Assembly (NCBI RefSeq): GCF_001194135.2
Contig: NC_068997.1
Coordinates: 51,713,418-51,767,696 of the forward strand
DNA length: 54,279 bases
Direction of reading: 5' to 3'
Source: Octopus bimaculoides
Taxonomy: Eukaryota
Below are positions 38,697 through 50,783 of this stretch, piece after piece. The notes beneath the pieces were generated by a model. It did not search any database, had not been told where the DNA came from, and saw only the letters and a list, made by a program, of their open reading frames with translations. How positions within the stretch are numbered: the first letter of the stretch is position 1; each line of letters opens with the position of its first letter. Both the position numbers and the translations under genes were made by a program.

Positions 38697-39092
38697 TTTC
38701 TACTTTAAGCAGTCGATTATATCTACCCCAGTTCGCAACTGGTACTTAATTTATCGACCCCGAAAGGATGAGAGGCAAGGTCGACCTCGATGGAATTTGA
38801 ACTCAGAACATAAAGACAGACGAAATACCGCTAAGCATTTCGCCCGGCGTGCTAAAGTTTCTTGTTTCTTTATTGCCCACAAGGGGCTAAATATAGAGGA
38901 AGCAAACAAAGATAAACAAAGGTATTAAGTCGATTACATCGACACCAGTGCGTAACTGGTACTTAATTTATCGACTCCGAAAGGATGAAAGGCAAAGTCG
39001 ACCTCGGCGGAATTTGAACTCAGAACGTAACGTCAGACGAAATAACGCTAAGCATTTCGCCCGGCGTGTTAACGTTTCTGCCACCTCGCCAC
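38697..39092 (-). mobile_element. Head-to-tail dimer of SINE family A
   Basis: Unit 1 (39092 to about 38862) has tail type 1 running directly into AGAAACTTTAGCACGCCGGGCG of unit 2. Confidence 0.9.
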
Positions 39093-39204
39093 CTACTAAT
39101 GTAATATATCAGGTGATCACGGGATCGACCAGATTATCGGATTCTGATATACATCGCTGGTCACAATGCACTTTGCATGGTTTTAATTTTTGACTGATGC
39201 CACC

Positions 39205-39395
39205 CTGCTGGCTAGGTGAGTGGGACAACATTTCCTCTGATCGGGAGGTTAGCTATTTTGAAGCTGAATACACTAGAGCAATGTGACATGAAGTGTTTTC
39301 TTATAAATACAATGTGCCTCTCGTTCTGGTAATCGAACCACGATCGCCACATCGTTAGGGCAATACCTTAACCACTGAGCCACGCGCCCTCACAA
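39205..39395 (-). mobile_element. SINE family C, diverged
   Basis: Antisense head ..CCTTAACCACTGAGCCACGCGCC and AATCGAACC B-box. Confidence 0.6.
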
Positions 39396-39755
39396 AGTTA
39401 ATATATTTCGGAAGAAAATATTCAGCATATGAAATAGAGTTAATGCTTTATAAATTCACTGGATGCTGAATCTTCGCCTCGCCTCTAGTCTGACTTTCAA
39501 GATTTGTATATTTATAATGAATTCAAATTGTACAGATTTTTCACAATGAATAGTTAATTAAAACGACGTTTCCTTTCAACGTTGTGACCAATTTATTCAG
39601 TTTGTTGTTTCAGTTATCGCTAATTCAGTTATCTCCCTTGCCTCTACGCTCTTTCTTGTTGGTCATTCCTTCTCGTATGTCTTGATTAAATCGACCAGAG
39701 TTTTCTTTCTTGTGCAAGAAACACGACGCAGTATGAATCTCGGCATTTGCTTCAG

Positions 39756-40002
39756 TGACAGCGCCGTAGCATCCTCGAGTGACAGACATAATTCACCATT
39801 TTTTGACTCGAGTGACAGACATAATTCACCATTTTTTGACTCGAGTGACAGACATAATTCACCATTTTTTGACTCGAGTGACAGACATAATTCACCATTT
39901 TTTGACTCGAGTGACAGACATAATTCACCATTTTTTTTTAGGAACAGCGTTGAGACAGATTGCTTGAAGGACGGCATTGAAGACACCATTGTTTGCACGA
40001 AG
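39756..40002 (+). CDS. Candidate exon carrying the 33-bp repeats (DSAVASS-[DRHNSPFFDSS]n-FRNSVETDCLKDGIEDTIVCTK); product unknown
   Basis: Consensus donor AAG|GTAAGT at 40002/40003; TTTGCTTCAG acceptor is one of several possible; the frame is open. A 146-aa ORF is also open on the minus strand. Confidence 0.35.
39774..39936. repeat. Minisatellite, 5 x 33 bp (CTCGAGTGACAGACATAATTCACCATTTTTTGA)
   Basis: Units start at 39774, 39807, 39840, 39873 and 39906; identical except that the last is truncated. Confidence 0.97.
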
Positions 40003-40155
40003 GTAAGTGCAAATGCACCTGGTTTACTCATGAAAAGATTTGGTTGCTCTGCTGCAACAAGTTTAAAATATACCGATGGTGTTATTTTCTTTGTAACTTT
40101 CAATCGGGATTTTAACTTATACCTCTCATTTACTGTCTTTCCGTTTTTTCTCTCA

Positions 40156-40211
<56 letters not shown>

Positions 40212-41124
40212 TTGTCTGTCTGTCTCACAGTTTTCTGTGTTTTGTAACGTATAATAGACGCTTTCCCGTTTCGTTAATATAGAGGAAGAGCTAAGTTCTT
40301 TTACAGCTTCATTTTTTTCTAATTGTTTCCCTCTCTTACATTCCAAATATATTAGGGCAGAGATACAGTTTCGCATGAATTGGTGAAGTGTCTGCTAGTT
40401 ACATATTTATCCTTTGCAATATTGATGTGCTTAGTCCCAGATAAGCTCTGATTCTCGCAGACTTTTCACCTGAACGTATTCCAGCCATGATCATGCAGTC
40501 ATTCGCTTTTCATTGTAAGTGTATCTTGGATTAATTTTTAACATGTACAAATCATTTTGAGCGATATTTGGCTTCTATTTCCATTAGGTCCAATGGCTAT
40601 ATCAGGGCTTACATGTTTTATCGCTCTAGGGAATGTAACCATTTTCTGGACCATCTCAGAAAAGATTTTCCGTTTGGATGGTTATTATTTTCGTGTTTGA
40701 ATTTCTCAGAGTAAATTTTCGTGTTCGTCACTATGTTTGCTTATTAAATTGTCACAATTTATTTTCTGTTCCACGTTTACTTTTTTTCTTTTTTGTTTTC
40801 TTTTTGTTTGTTTTTCATGCGCGAATGAATTATAGATGACCTACTCTGCCTAAAAGGTTCTACCAGTCAGACACTTCTTTGGCAGGCAGTTCATATGCAG
40901 AACTTGTTAACTCTTGTTCAAGCAAACAAAGCAAGAATGCAAACGTTCTTTTCTGTTTCTCAATTCAACCTTCACTTGTCAAAACGCGTGCGCATGCGTA
41001 CGCGTGGCTGCGTGCGTATTTGTGTTCCTGTATGTATGAATATTATTATCACTTTTGTTGTTGACCTTCTTGTTGTTGTTGCTCATGTTATTTTTAGCAT
41101 TTCCAATTATGTTATTTTCTGTCA

Positions 41125-41168
41125 GAAACCTGTTGTTGTTGTTGTTGTTGTTGTTGTCGGCGGTGGTG

Positions 41169-41241
<73 letters not shown>

Positions 41242-41295
41242 CATTGTTATTATTATTGTTATTATTATTGTTATTATTATTATTATCATTATTCA
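41125..41295. repeat. (GTT)n/(GGT)n/(ATT)n array
   Basis: Directly visible. Confidence 0.9.
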
Positions 41296-41299
41296 CTAG

Positions 41300-41805
41300 T
41301 CTTATTATTATATTGCGCTTTCACTGCACTACTGAGCGCAGCTCTGTGTGCCTTGGGTGTGTGCTGTGTTTTGTTGTGATGCTCTTATTTGTTTGACCTT
41401 AACCAGTTGAGTATGTCCTTTAGTGGCTGACGATATGTGCATCTCTGATCATGAGCAGGAGTAGTGGTAGAACATCATAGCCATGTGTTGAAAGGAATTC
41501 TTTGGAGTTTGGATAATTCATCTCAGGTAACACGGGTGTTTTATTCAACATCCTTAAACAACTGTTATTCAGAGTCCTTTTGAGTTGGATGGGCTACTCA
41601 ACCTGAAGAAAATCCTAACTGGGCACCACCTGCAAGGTCATGCGCTGTTTATCTTGATATGAGATCACCGTGTCGCGCACATATGGTTGTGATGCATGTG
41701 CCTGGTGTACCCTCATCAGACGGGTAGTCATGGTGGGTATACTGGACTTCCTATATATTACACCAGTGTCACTTTGATGGCATGCACTGCTCTCTCACTC
41801 AATAA
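41300..41805 (-). mobile_element. ~500-bp non-coding interspersed element associated with TAA/ATT arrays
   Basis: One terminus is duplicated at 5032-5073 inside (ATT)n; the other runs into the 41125-41295 triplet array; no ORF recognised. Confidence 0.6.
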
Positions 41806-41811
41806 CGATAG

Positions 41812-42028
41812 TAATTTTTCTATTATAGGTGCAAGACCTAAAATTTGATGGGAAAGAGTAAGTCGATTACATCGACCCCAGTGCATAACTGGTGCTTATT
41901 TTATCAACCCCGAAAGGATGAGAAGCAAAGTCGACCTCAGCAGAATTTGAACTCAGAAAGTAAAGACGGATGGAATACTATTAAGCTTTTTGCCCAGCAT
42001 GCAAATGATTCTCACAGCTGGCTACCTT
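41812..42028 (-). mobile_element. SINE family A, tail type 2, diverged
   Basis: Antisense body AAGTCGATTACATCGACCCCAGTG..GAATTTGAACTCAGAA. Confidence 0.8.
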
Positions 42029-42029
42029 A

Positions 42030-42031
42030 AT

Positions 42032-42105
<74 letters not shown>

Positions 42106-42161
42106 TGATGATGATGATGAGGATGACGAGGATGATGATGATGATGAGGAGGATGATGATG

Positions 42162-42207
<46 letters not shown>

Positions 42208-42247
42208 TAATAATAATGATGATGATGATGATAAAAATAAAAATAAA

Positions 42248-42296
<49 letters not shown>

Positions 42297-42390
42297 GCAA
42301 CAACAACAACAGCAATAAAAACAGCAACAATAAAACAATAACAATAATAATATCAATAAGAAATAGAAGGTAGAGGAGGAGGAGGAGAAT
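42030..42390. repeat. Mosaic trinucleotide array (AAT/GAT/GAG/AAC)
   Basis: Directly visible. Confidence 0.9.
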
Positions 42391-42507
42391 TTTGACAGCG
42401 ACAACTCCAAGCAAGACACCATATTTGTTTTGAGTGTGACACAATTTTCTCCACTGCCATATTTGTTGTTAACATTCCCTAAAGATGATTGATGACCAAT
42501 TTCTTAC

Positions 42508-42568
42508 CTCACTGGCCATGAAACTGTAACCACCATTCTACAGAATTTTCAAAATATCTGTCACCGTT
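42508..42568 (-). other. Candidate 61-nt exon ending ATG GCC AGT GAG (possible start-codon exon, M-A-S-E)
   Basis: CTATATTTTCAG| acceptor and GAG|GTAAGA donor; all three frames contain a stop upstream of or near the ATG, as expected for a 5'UTR/start exon. Confidence 0.35.
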
Positions 42569-43666
42569 CTGAAAATATAGTGAATTACATTATTGAAACC
42601 CACTTCGCTGTATCCGTTTTCTTGTTTGTTTAGGAATATTTTCGCTTTCTTTACTTTCCCTCCTTCAACGTTTTATAATCATGTTTCTTAAAGGAATAAT
42701 ACACCATATTATTATTCTGAAACTCGAAGAAAATGGAATATAAATAGGTGATAGTCTGTGAAGATAATCTTTTTGAGAAGAAAAGAAAAAAACAGTTATA
42801 TTCCTGTAAAAAAAAGAACCAAAATATTTTTGTATGTTTCTTTCTCTTATTTCTTTCCATTTTACAAATCTTTTCACAGTTTTTTTCTTTATTTATATAA
42901 TTAATTATCCAATTATTTATTATTAATGGCTTTGAATGTTCAGTTCCTTAGAGATGCAACGAATATCGTCTGTTTAGTGAGATTTCATATTTTACACTCT
43001 TTGACTCCATTACTTTTTTTTACATTCGTTCTGCCTTGCTTCTAATTGTGTTTGGTCTAATTGGCGAGTTGTCGATTAACGTCTGAAAATTCTTGACTTG
43101 GCCTATGACTCATAATGATTTCGCAACATATTCCTGTGTATTTAGGTAGGTGCTTTAAATATATTCGATTTGGTGTCGCTACTGCATATTTACTATTAAG
43201 CTCTTTAAGAGCTTACTTTCAAAATCCGATATATCCATCGGAACGACTTTCGAGTAACTGACGAACAGCTTGACTATGTCTGATTTTGATTGGAAGACTA
43301 ATATTCACCTACTGTCTATATGGCATCTATACCAGTTTGCCAGAAAGAAATTTCACGTGCTCAGGCACGTGAAATTGCAGACTGTGTTATACTAGTTGTC
43401 ATGAAATTGACCAAATATGCACTTACGCCGGATTTGAAAGTAAGCACCTCAATTATATTCCCCATGTAGCTAAATTCCAACTTTATGCTGTTGGGCAAAT
43501 CACTTCATCAGAATTTTAAATGAGGAAAATTTTGTGAAATTTTCTCTTAAAGTTTCTGTTGAAGAAGTTTCTACAAAAAGCTGAAGGAAAGGTAATTGTG
43601 CGTTATCATTATGGGAAACGAGTGTAGGATTGTGGGGCGTCTTATGTATGTTACACATACACACAC

Positions 43667-43705
<39 letters not shown>

Positions 43706-44106
43706 NNNNNNNNNNNNNNNNNNNNNNNNNNNNNNNNNNNNNNNNNNNNNNNNNNNNNNNNNNNNNNNNNNNNNNNNNNNNNNNNNNNNNNNNNNNNNNN
43801 NNNNNNNNNNNNNNNNNNNNNNNNNNNNNNNNNNNNNNNNNNNNNNNNNNNNNNNNNNNNNNNNNNNNNNNNNNNNNNNNNNNNNNNNNNNNNNNNNNNN
43901 NNNNNNNNNNNNNNNNNNNNNNNNNNNNNNNNNNNNNNNNNNNNNNNNNNNNNNNNNNNNNNNNNNNNNNNNNNNNNNNNNNNNNNNNNNNNNNNNNNNN
44001 NNNNNNNNNNNNNNNNNNNNNNNNNNNNNNNNNNNNNNNNNNNNNNNNNNNNNNNNNNNNNNNNNNNNNNNNNNNNNNNNNNNNNNNNNNNNNNNNNNNN
44101 NNNNNN

Positions 44107-44140
<34 letters not shown>

Positions 44141-44142
<2 letters not shown>

Positions 44143-44290
44143 GACGGGCTTCTTTCAGTTTCCGTCTACCAAATCCACTCACAAGGCTTTGGTCGGCCCG
44201 AGGCTATAGTAGAAGGCACTTTCCCAAGGTGCCACGCAGTGGGACTGAACCCGGAACGATGTGGTTGGTAAACAAGCTACTTACCACTCC
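44141..44290 (-). mobile_element. SINE family B, young-looking copy
   Basis: Near-consensus antisense head and body. Confidence 0.9.
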
Positions 44291-45217
44291 TTTTCTTTAT
44301 TTGCAACCTGTCTTCAAATGTTAATCTACTTGCCAAACGTGAGAACGCGTATTGCAGTCATGTATTTTAACTAACCGACTGCTATCACGTACGACATTTA
44401 ACATTTTTATAGTTAACATTAGGTTGTATTTAGAAACAAACTCATTGCACTTATAAATTATTTCATTGAACGGACTCACATGCTTTCCATCAATAGATGA
44501 AATTCGATAGTGTGTACTTTTAACACTGCAATAACTAAGATATTACTAACGAGATTTAACTTGCTTATCTTTCACAAAGCAGTTAACAGCAAGGATTCTT
44601 AGGGTCTTTTTTTGTTTTTATTTTGTTCTATGTTACATTGACGGTTTTATCGATATCACCCATCTGTCACCAGGAATATAACACCGACAGCGGAGTAAGA
44701 GTGGAATGAAGCTAAATATACATCACTTGGTTATTTAGTATAATTTCAGTGCAGTTGGGTTTCAGTTTAAGTACATTATCTCACCGAGTCACTCCGTGAG
44801 CTGTTTATGACTGAATTTATGTATTACCTAGCTCTGGATCAATAAAAACGGTCAGTGTTATATTTATTTAAAGATTTCACATCAAATATTACACCTGTTG
44901 TTTCTGAGAATTATTTTACCCCCTTATTCTTTTCTACGATAACTTAAAAGCGCCGGATTAAATTTCTCTCTTATAATTAAATTTGGTTTGTCAGATAAAT
45001 TCGTTCGGCTTTTTTTTCCCTACTTCGCACTTCATTCTAATATGTTTGAAGAGAGGGAAAATTAATTCAAATTTCAAAAACGATTAACAAAAGTCACAAA
45101 GAAAGGATAGAGATTGAAAAATCTATAAAACACTCAGGTAAAAATATTTTTCGTGTTAATTCAAATAAAATGGAGAAAGATTAAAATAAATAGGCGGGAA
45201 TCAAAACTAACGTATCT

Positions 45218-45362
45218 ATATACCTTTCTACTCTAGGCACAAGGCCCGCAATTTTGGGGGAAGGGGCCAGTCACTTAGATCGGCACTTAATTATCGACCC
45301 CGGAAGAATGAAAGGCAAAGTCTATCTCGGCGGAATTTGAACTCAGAACGTAAAGACCCACG
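45218..45362 (-). mobile_element. SINE family A, 5'-truncated, tail type 2
   Basis: ACCTTTCTACTCTAGGCACAAGGCCCG..GAATTTGAACTCAGAACG. Confidence 0.8.
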
Positions 45363-45699
45363 GAATATAACGTACTTATATAACAACCTAATAGATTCAG
45401 CACTGTGAGTTTGTATTCCATAAAAAAACATGGTCATTTATTGCGCCTGCGTGGTTCCTGAACTGTACCAGTAATATACAGGAGTATTTAAACCACTTAT
45501 ACTATATCCTCAAACAAAGAAAAATACTGACCATCCACCTAGTCACGCTGTATGTAATATAGTTATAGTGATCAGCTCTGATATGACTATACTTTAGGTT
45601 CAAGGCCTTATGAAGCTGTACATTGAATGTTCAAATAAATAAATAAATAAATAAATGAAGAAGAAGAATAAATGAGTGAATAATACTATACTCTTACAG

Positions 45700-45831
45700 T
45701 TGTTTCTACTTTGGAGGACCATCCTGCCAAAAGTTTACACATCATACCAATATTATACAGAGATTGAACAAAGGTTGGACGGAGGCTGGACAATAATTGA
45801 GCCCCAAAGCTTCATCAGAGAGTCCATAAAG
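45700..45831 (+). CDS. Candidate 132-nt exon (LFLLWRTILPKVYTSYQYYTEIEQRLDGGWTIIEPQSFIRESIK); product unknown
   Basis: CTATACTCTTACAG| acceptor and AAG|GTAAGA donor; length is a multiple of 3 and only phase 0 is open. Confidence 0.4.
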
Positions 45832-46442
45832 GTAAGAATCGAACACGTGAGGAAGTAAAGTAAAACAATAAAATAATAAAAATAGTAAGGAATGGTAAAG
45901 AAGTCATTCCATGGTAATATCCATGTACATGCACAAACGCTGCATAGATGAGTATATATATATATTTATATATATATCAAAATAAGCAACAGGATATCCA
46001 GAGGTGATGCAGTACGATCGTTTCAAGCGACTCCATTTAATTATATATATATATATATATATATNNNNNNNNNNNNNNNNNNNNNNNNNNNNNNNNNNNN
46101 NNNNNNNNNNNNNNNNNNNNNNNNNNNNNNNNNNNNNNNNNNNNNNNNNNNNNNNNNNNNNNNNNNNNNNNNNNNNNNNNNNNNNNNNNNNNNNNNNNNN
46201 NNNNNNNNNNNNNNNNNNNNNNNNNNNNNNNNNNNNNNNNNNNNNNNNNNNNNNNNNNNNNNNNNNNNNNNNNNNNNNNNNNNNNNNNNNNNNNNNNNNN
46301 NNNNNNNNNNNNNNNNNNNNNNNNNNNNNNNNNNNNNNNNNNNNNNNNNNNNNNNNNNNNNNNNNNNNNNNNNNNNNNNNNNNNNNNNNNNNNNNNNNNN
46401 NNNNNNNNNNNNNNNNNNNNNNNNNNNNNNNNNNNNNNNNNN

Positions 46443-46731
46443 AAGTGGCTGAGCACTCCACACACACGTGTACCCTTAACGTAGTTCTCGGGGATATTCA
46501 GCGTGACACAGTATGACAAGGCTGACCCTTTGAATTACAGGCACAACAGAAACAGGAAGTAAGAGTGAGAGAAAGTTGTGGTGAAAGAGTACAGCAGGGT
46601 TCGCCACCATCCCCTGCCAGAGCCTTGTGGAGCTTTAGGTGTTTTCGCTCAATAAACACTCACAACGCCCGGTCTGGGAATCGAAACCGCCGAGTCCGCT
46701 GCCCTAACCACTGTGCCATTGCGCCTCCACT
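46443..46731 (-). mobile_element. tRNA-derived SINE family D
   Basis: Antisense head GGAGGCGCAATGGCACAGTGGTTAGGGCAGCGGACTC..GGTTTCGATTCCCAGACC; a related tail fragment lies at about 35030-35118. Confidence 0.85.
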
Positions 46732-47859
46732 GTTAACGATATACTGCACGACAAATCACTGTGTTGGTAACTTCGGTTGTTACGTTGATTAATGTTTTAG
46801 CAAAAACAAATCTAAGAAAATCTGAAATGTTCAAGCGCTCCATTAAAAACAAGTAAGTCTTAATTGATATTGCAGTTTGTTGAAAATCAACCGGTTGAGA
46901 AGTGTGTGAAGCACTTATGTGAACAGGAGCTAAAGCATCAGGTGTTGTTTTATCAGTTCCTTTGAAGTGTTTAATAGGAAACGTTGAAAGAGAGATGAGA
47001 TCAATGCGCTGATTCTCTTGCGGAGAATGAGAGTTTGTGATTGCGTCTCAGGGCACAGATAAGTGTGTAAAATAAGAAGATACGCTCTTCTGTAGGTGGC
47101 GAATGTGTTTAACGCCGAAAATAAACCGGCAAACAGTATCATTCCAAAGGTTTTATACTTAGCTTCAAACACATTTACACACAAACACACTTATATACAA
47201 ACACTCATTTATGTATGTTAGCATATGTGTGTGTATGCGTGTACACATGCGTTTATATATTTATATATTTATATATAAGAAAAATATAAACGCAACTTGG
47301 AATTAATTTATGACATTCGTACTCTTACACATGGTCACCTTTGTGGCTATTGGCACCCTCAGCAGTGGTTGTATACAATGCATTTGGATGTAGAACCACA
47401 ACGATTCTTCGAGAAACTCTTTATTGCATTATTTTAACTCAGATCAAATACTTAATGCAAAAGCAGCAGTTATACATAAAACTGTACACACGGGAACTAC
47501 GTTAAAGATATATATATACATACATATATTAAGTATATATATATGTATGTATACGTATCTATGTATGTAGGTATATATATATATATATATATATGTAGGT
47601 ATATATATATGTGTGTGTATATATATTATTTTGGTATTTATGGGAGCAACTGTCGTCGAAGACTCATATTGTTTCTCATTGCTCGAAATGAGGAGTAGAT
47701 ACACACCCGACAACTCATGAAGGGTCATTTTTTGTGATACGTGTCCTGTTTTCCATTTGTTTTTCGCGTTGTTTGCCTATTGAACTCATTTGTTTTCGTA
47801 TTTCATGTTGTTTACTGTTGGTGACGTCCTGTACCCATATATGCATATGTATATATATT

Positions 47860-47898
<39 letters not shown>

Positions 47899-48408
47899 TT
47901 ACATACACATGCATAGCACACATACACCAAGACAAACGTACATTTATATTGTTCTTCATTAACTTATCTTATTTTTACATACACACACACACAGATAAGA
48001 TAATGGAAAGATAGAGAAAGAGAGAGAGGAGTGACAAAGAGGGAGAGAGAGAGGAGTGACAAAGAGGGAGAGAGAGGGAGAAAGATTACTGTAAGATTGG
48101 GAAAAAGAGAGAGAGAGAGAAGGAAGAACATTGCAAATGTATATTATGACAACATTTTACATTAAAAAGAAATTTTCACGAAGCTAAATCTAATTTAATA
48201 TAATTTATTGGACAGACGTAAGCTGATTAATTTTCTGATCCTCAAAAAAAAAAAAAACCCAGAAATAATAACAACGAGGAAAATAAATAAATAAGTAGTA
48301 AATAATAAATAAAGAAAAGCAAAAGTCAACTACAAATTAACAGATATATAAATTAATAAATAAACAAATATATAAATAGAAAATGAAGAGGATATTGAAG
48401 CTAAAGAC

Positions 48409-48449
<41 letters not shown>

Positions 48450-49029
48450 TCTGGGTCAATTTCTTTAGCCCAATGAGAGAGAAATTGGAGCAATTAGCAA
48501 AGTACACAAGGAAAAGGTTGAAAAATTAAGAAAAATATTTTTAAATCTTTTGCTAATGGTTCCNNNNNNNNNNNNNNNNNNNNNNNNNNNNNNNNNNNNN
48601 NNNNNNNNNNNNNNNNNNNNNNNNNNNNNNNNNNNNNNNNNNNNNNNNNNNNNNNNNNNNNNNNNNNNNNNNNNNNNNNNNNNNNNNNNNNNNNNATTAT
48701 ATAAATGGGAAATATTATCTCCTCCCCTCACAATCAGCCGCCATTAAGAACAGCACCCTCCTCTCCCGCCAAGGAAAAAAGAAAAAAAAAGAAGACATAT
48801 ATTGGTGTGATCACTGTTGCCATTGGTAACACGGATTCTGTTTTGTTTGCCTTGGTATTTTGTTGGCGATGTCATAGCAAGCGTTACTAATGGAACAGTA
48901 TATATATAAGGCAAAGGGTCAATTCATATTGATATCATTTATATACACGCATCCATATCCAACTCGAGTTTACATGCATATATACATACATATATACATG
49001 TATACTCACACACACACACGTACACACGT

Positions 49030-49070
<41 letters not shown>

Positions 49071-49140
49071 CACACTAAAGTTTGTTTTATGTTCAGTGAA
49101 ATAAAAAAATGCTCTATAGTTTTGTTGCGTACAAATTTAC

Positions 49141-49243
49141 TATTCTTTAACAATATTAGCATCGACAGTGAATTCAAAGTTTCAGATGGCTGAGCTGGCC
49201 GAAAATTCGAAGTTCCTGTCAATATTATACTTGTTAAAGAATA
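49141..49243. other. 103-nt imperfect hairpin
   Basis: Perfect 13-bp outer stem (49141-49153 with 49231-49243); inner 20-bp stem (49164-49183 with 49201-49220) has 15 Watson-Crick pairs and 1 G-T. Confidence 0.6.
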
Positions 49244-49764
49244 ACATATACACACATATATATAATTCTTTAGGATACCATCTAACGATTACCCACCAAT
49301 CTTGTCTTTTTGCCTCTAAGGTTATATTTTGTTCGTTCTTTGTTTCGTCATTGTCCATCGTTTTAAATTGCATTTATTCACCTTCGTATGGCCATACCGT
49401 ATCATTTCGTTTGCTCTCGGCCCTATATTCTGCGCAAACTCCGCGTGCACCGCTAGCATGGGAAGTTCTCAGTCTCATCATTGAAGGTACGAAACTGAGT
49501 TATACCGTCTGGTTGATAACTGTCGAAGAATTGCCGCGCAAACTTCTATATCTGTGTTAGTATGTTCAACACCAAGTATGTAGAATTCACCACTTATCAA
49601 TTTAAACAAGCTGCTTTAAGAATTATTCAATACATTTTTCTACAGATGTCCATTAAACTTTTACACACCAGAAGTGCGGTGATAGTGACATCGAAGTTTC
49701 GACCTTCGCTCGAAATGTGGGTGTGGGAGTGTGAGTGTGCGTGCATGTGAGTTGATGAGTTTAT

Positions 49765-49940
49765 ATTTGACACCACCCGCCAACCGTTTAGCAACTGTTG
49801 GTTTGTTTACTAACCCGTAACTTAGCAATCCGAGTAAAGAAACCGACAGTATAAGAGACAAGTTTTAAAAAAGGGGGAATGACCTGGACTTGTTCGAATA
49901 AACACTTTGCGCCAATGCTCCAGCATCGCTGCTAACTCGT
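49765..49940 (+). mobile_element. Degraded SINE family B 3' tail
   Basis: CCCGTAACTTAGCAATCCGAGTAAAGAAACCGACAGTATAAG..CTCCAGCAT. Confidence 0.5.
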
Positions 49941-50745
49941 GACTGATACAACTCAAGATACACCCATTTCATATTACAGTCTCAGCAATTATAGACATTT
50001 TAGATTACTTCTTCACCCCCACCCCCACCCAACCCCATTACTTANNNNNNNNNNNNNNNNNNNNNNNNNNNNNNNNNNNNNNNNNNNNNNNNNNNNNNNN
50101 NNNNNNNNNNNNNNNNNNNNNNNNNNNNNNNNNNNNNNNNNNNNNNNNNNNNNNNNNNNNNNNNNNNNNNNNNNNNNNNNNNNNNNNNNNNNNNNNNNNN
50201 NNNNNNNNNNNNNNNNNNNNNNNNNNNNNNNNNNNNNNNNNNNNNNNNNNNNNNNNNNNNNNNNNNNNNNNNNNNNNNNNNNNNNNNNNNNNNNNNNNNN
50301 NNNNNNNNNNNNNNNNNNNNNNNNNNNNNNNNNNNNNNNNNNNNNNNNNNNNNNNNNAAGCCACACTTGCGCCCATATACATATAATATGGAATATATAT
50401 ATATATATTAATGTTTTAGATTACTTATTTTGTTATAAAGCCTGGACAGCATTTCTCTAAAATTTCCCGAATAAGGGCTCCTAACGCTGAAATATTAAAA
50501 TTCAAAGTAAAAGCAGAAACAATCACTCTGAGTTGTTTTAATAACTTTCTTTGTTTTGACTTTATCAAGAAATAATTAAAACTACTTTTATGTACCAGAG
50601 AACGCATCATGCAAATTCTACTAATCTAACATACACGCATACATACAAATGCACACACACACACATACAGACACACACAAACACACACAAACATACACAC
50701 ATAATAATGTATACTCGCACACACACAAACACACATACATACACA

Positions 50746-50783
<38 letters not shown>

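Noticed and set aside
39774-39936. 33-bp repeats as a CRISPR array
   Set aside because: The units are directly adjacent with no spacers, the context is eukaryotic and there are no cas genes
42030-42390. Asn/Asp-rich ORF resembling an acidic low-complexity protein
   Set aside because: Pure triplet mosaic directly adjoining a SINE head, with no convincing splice or start context
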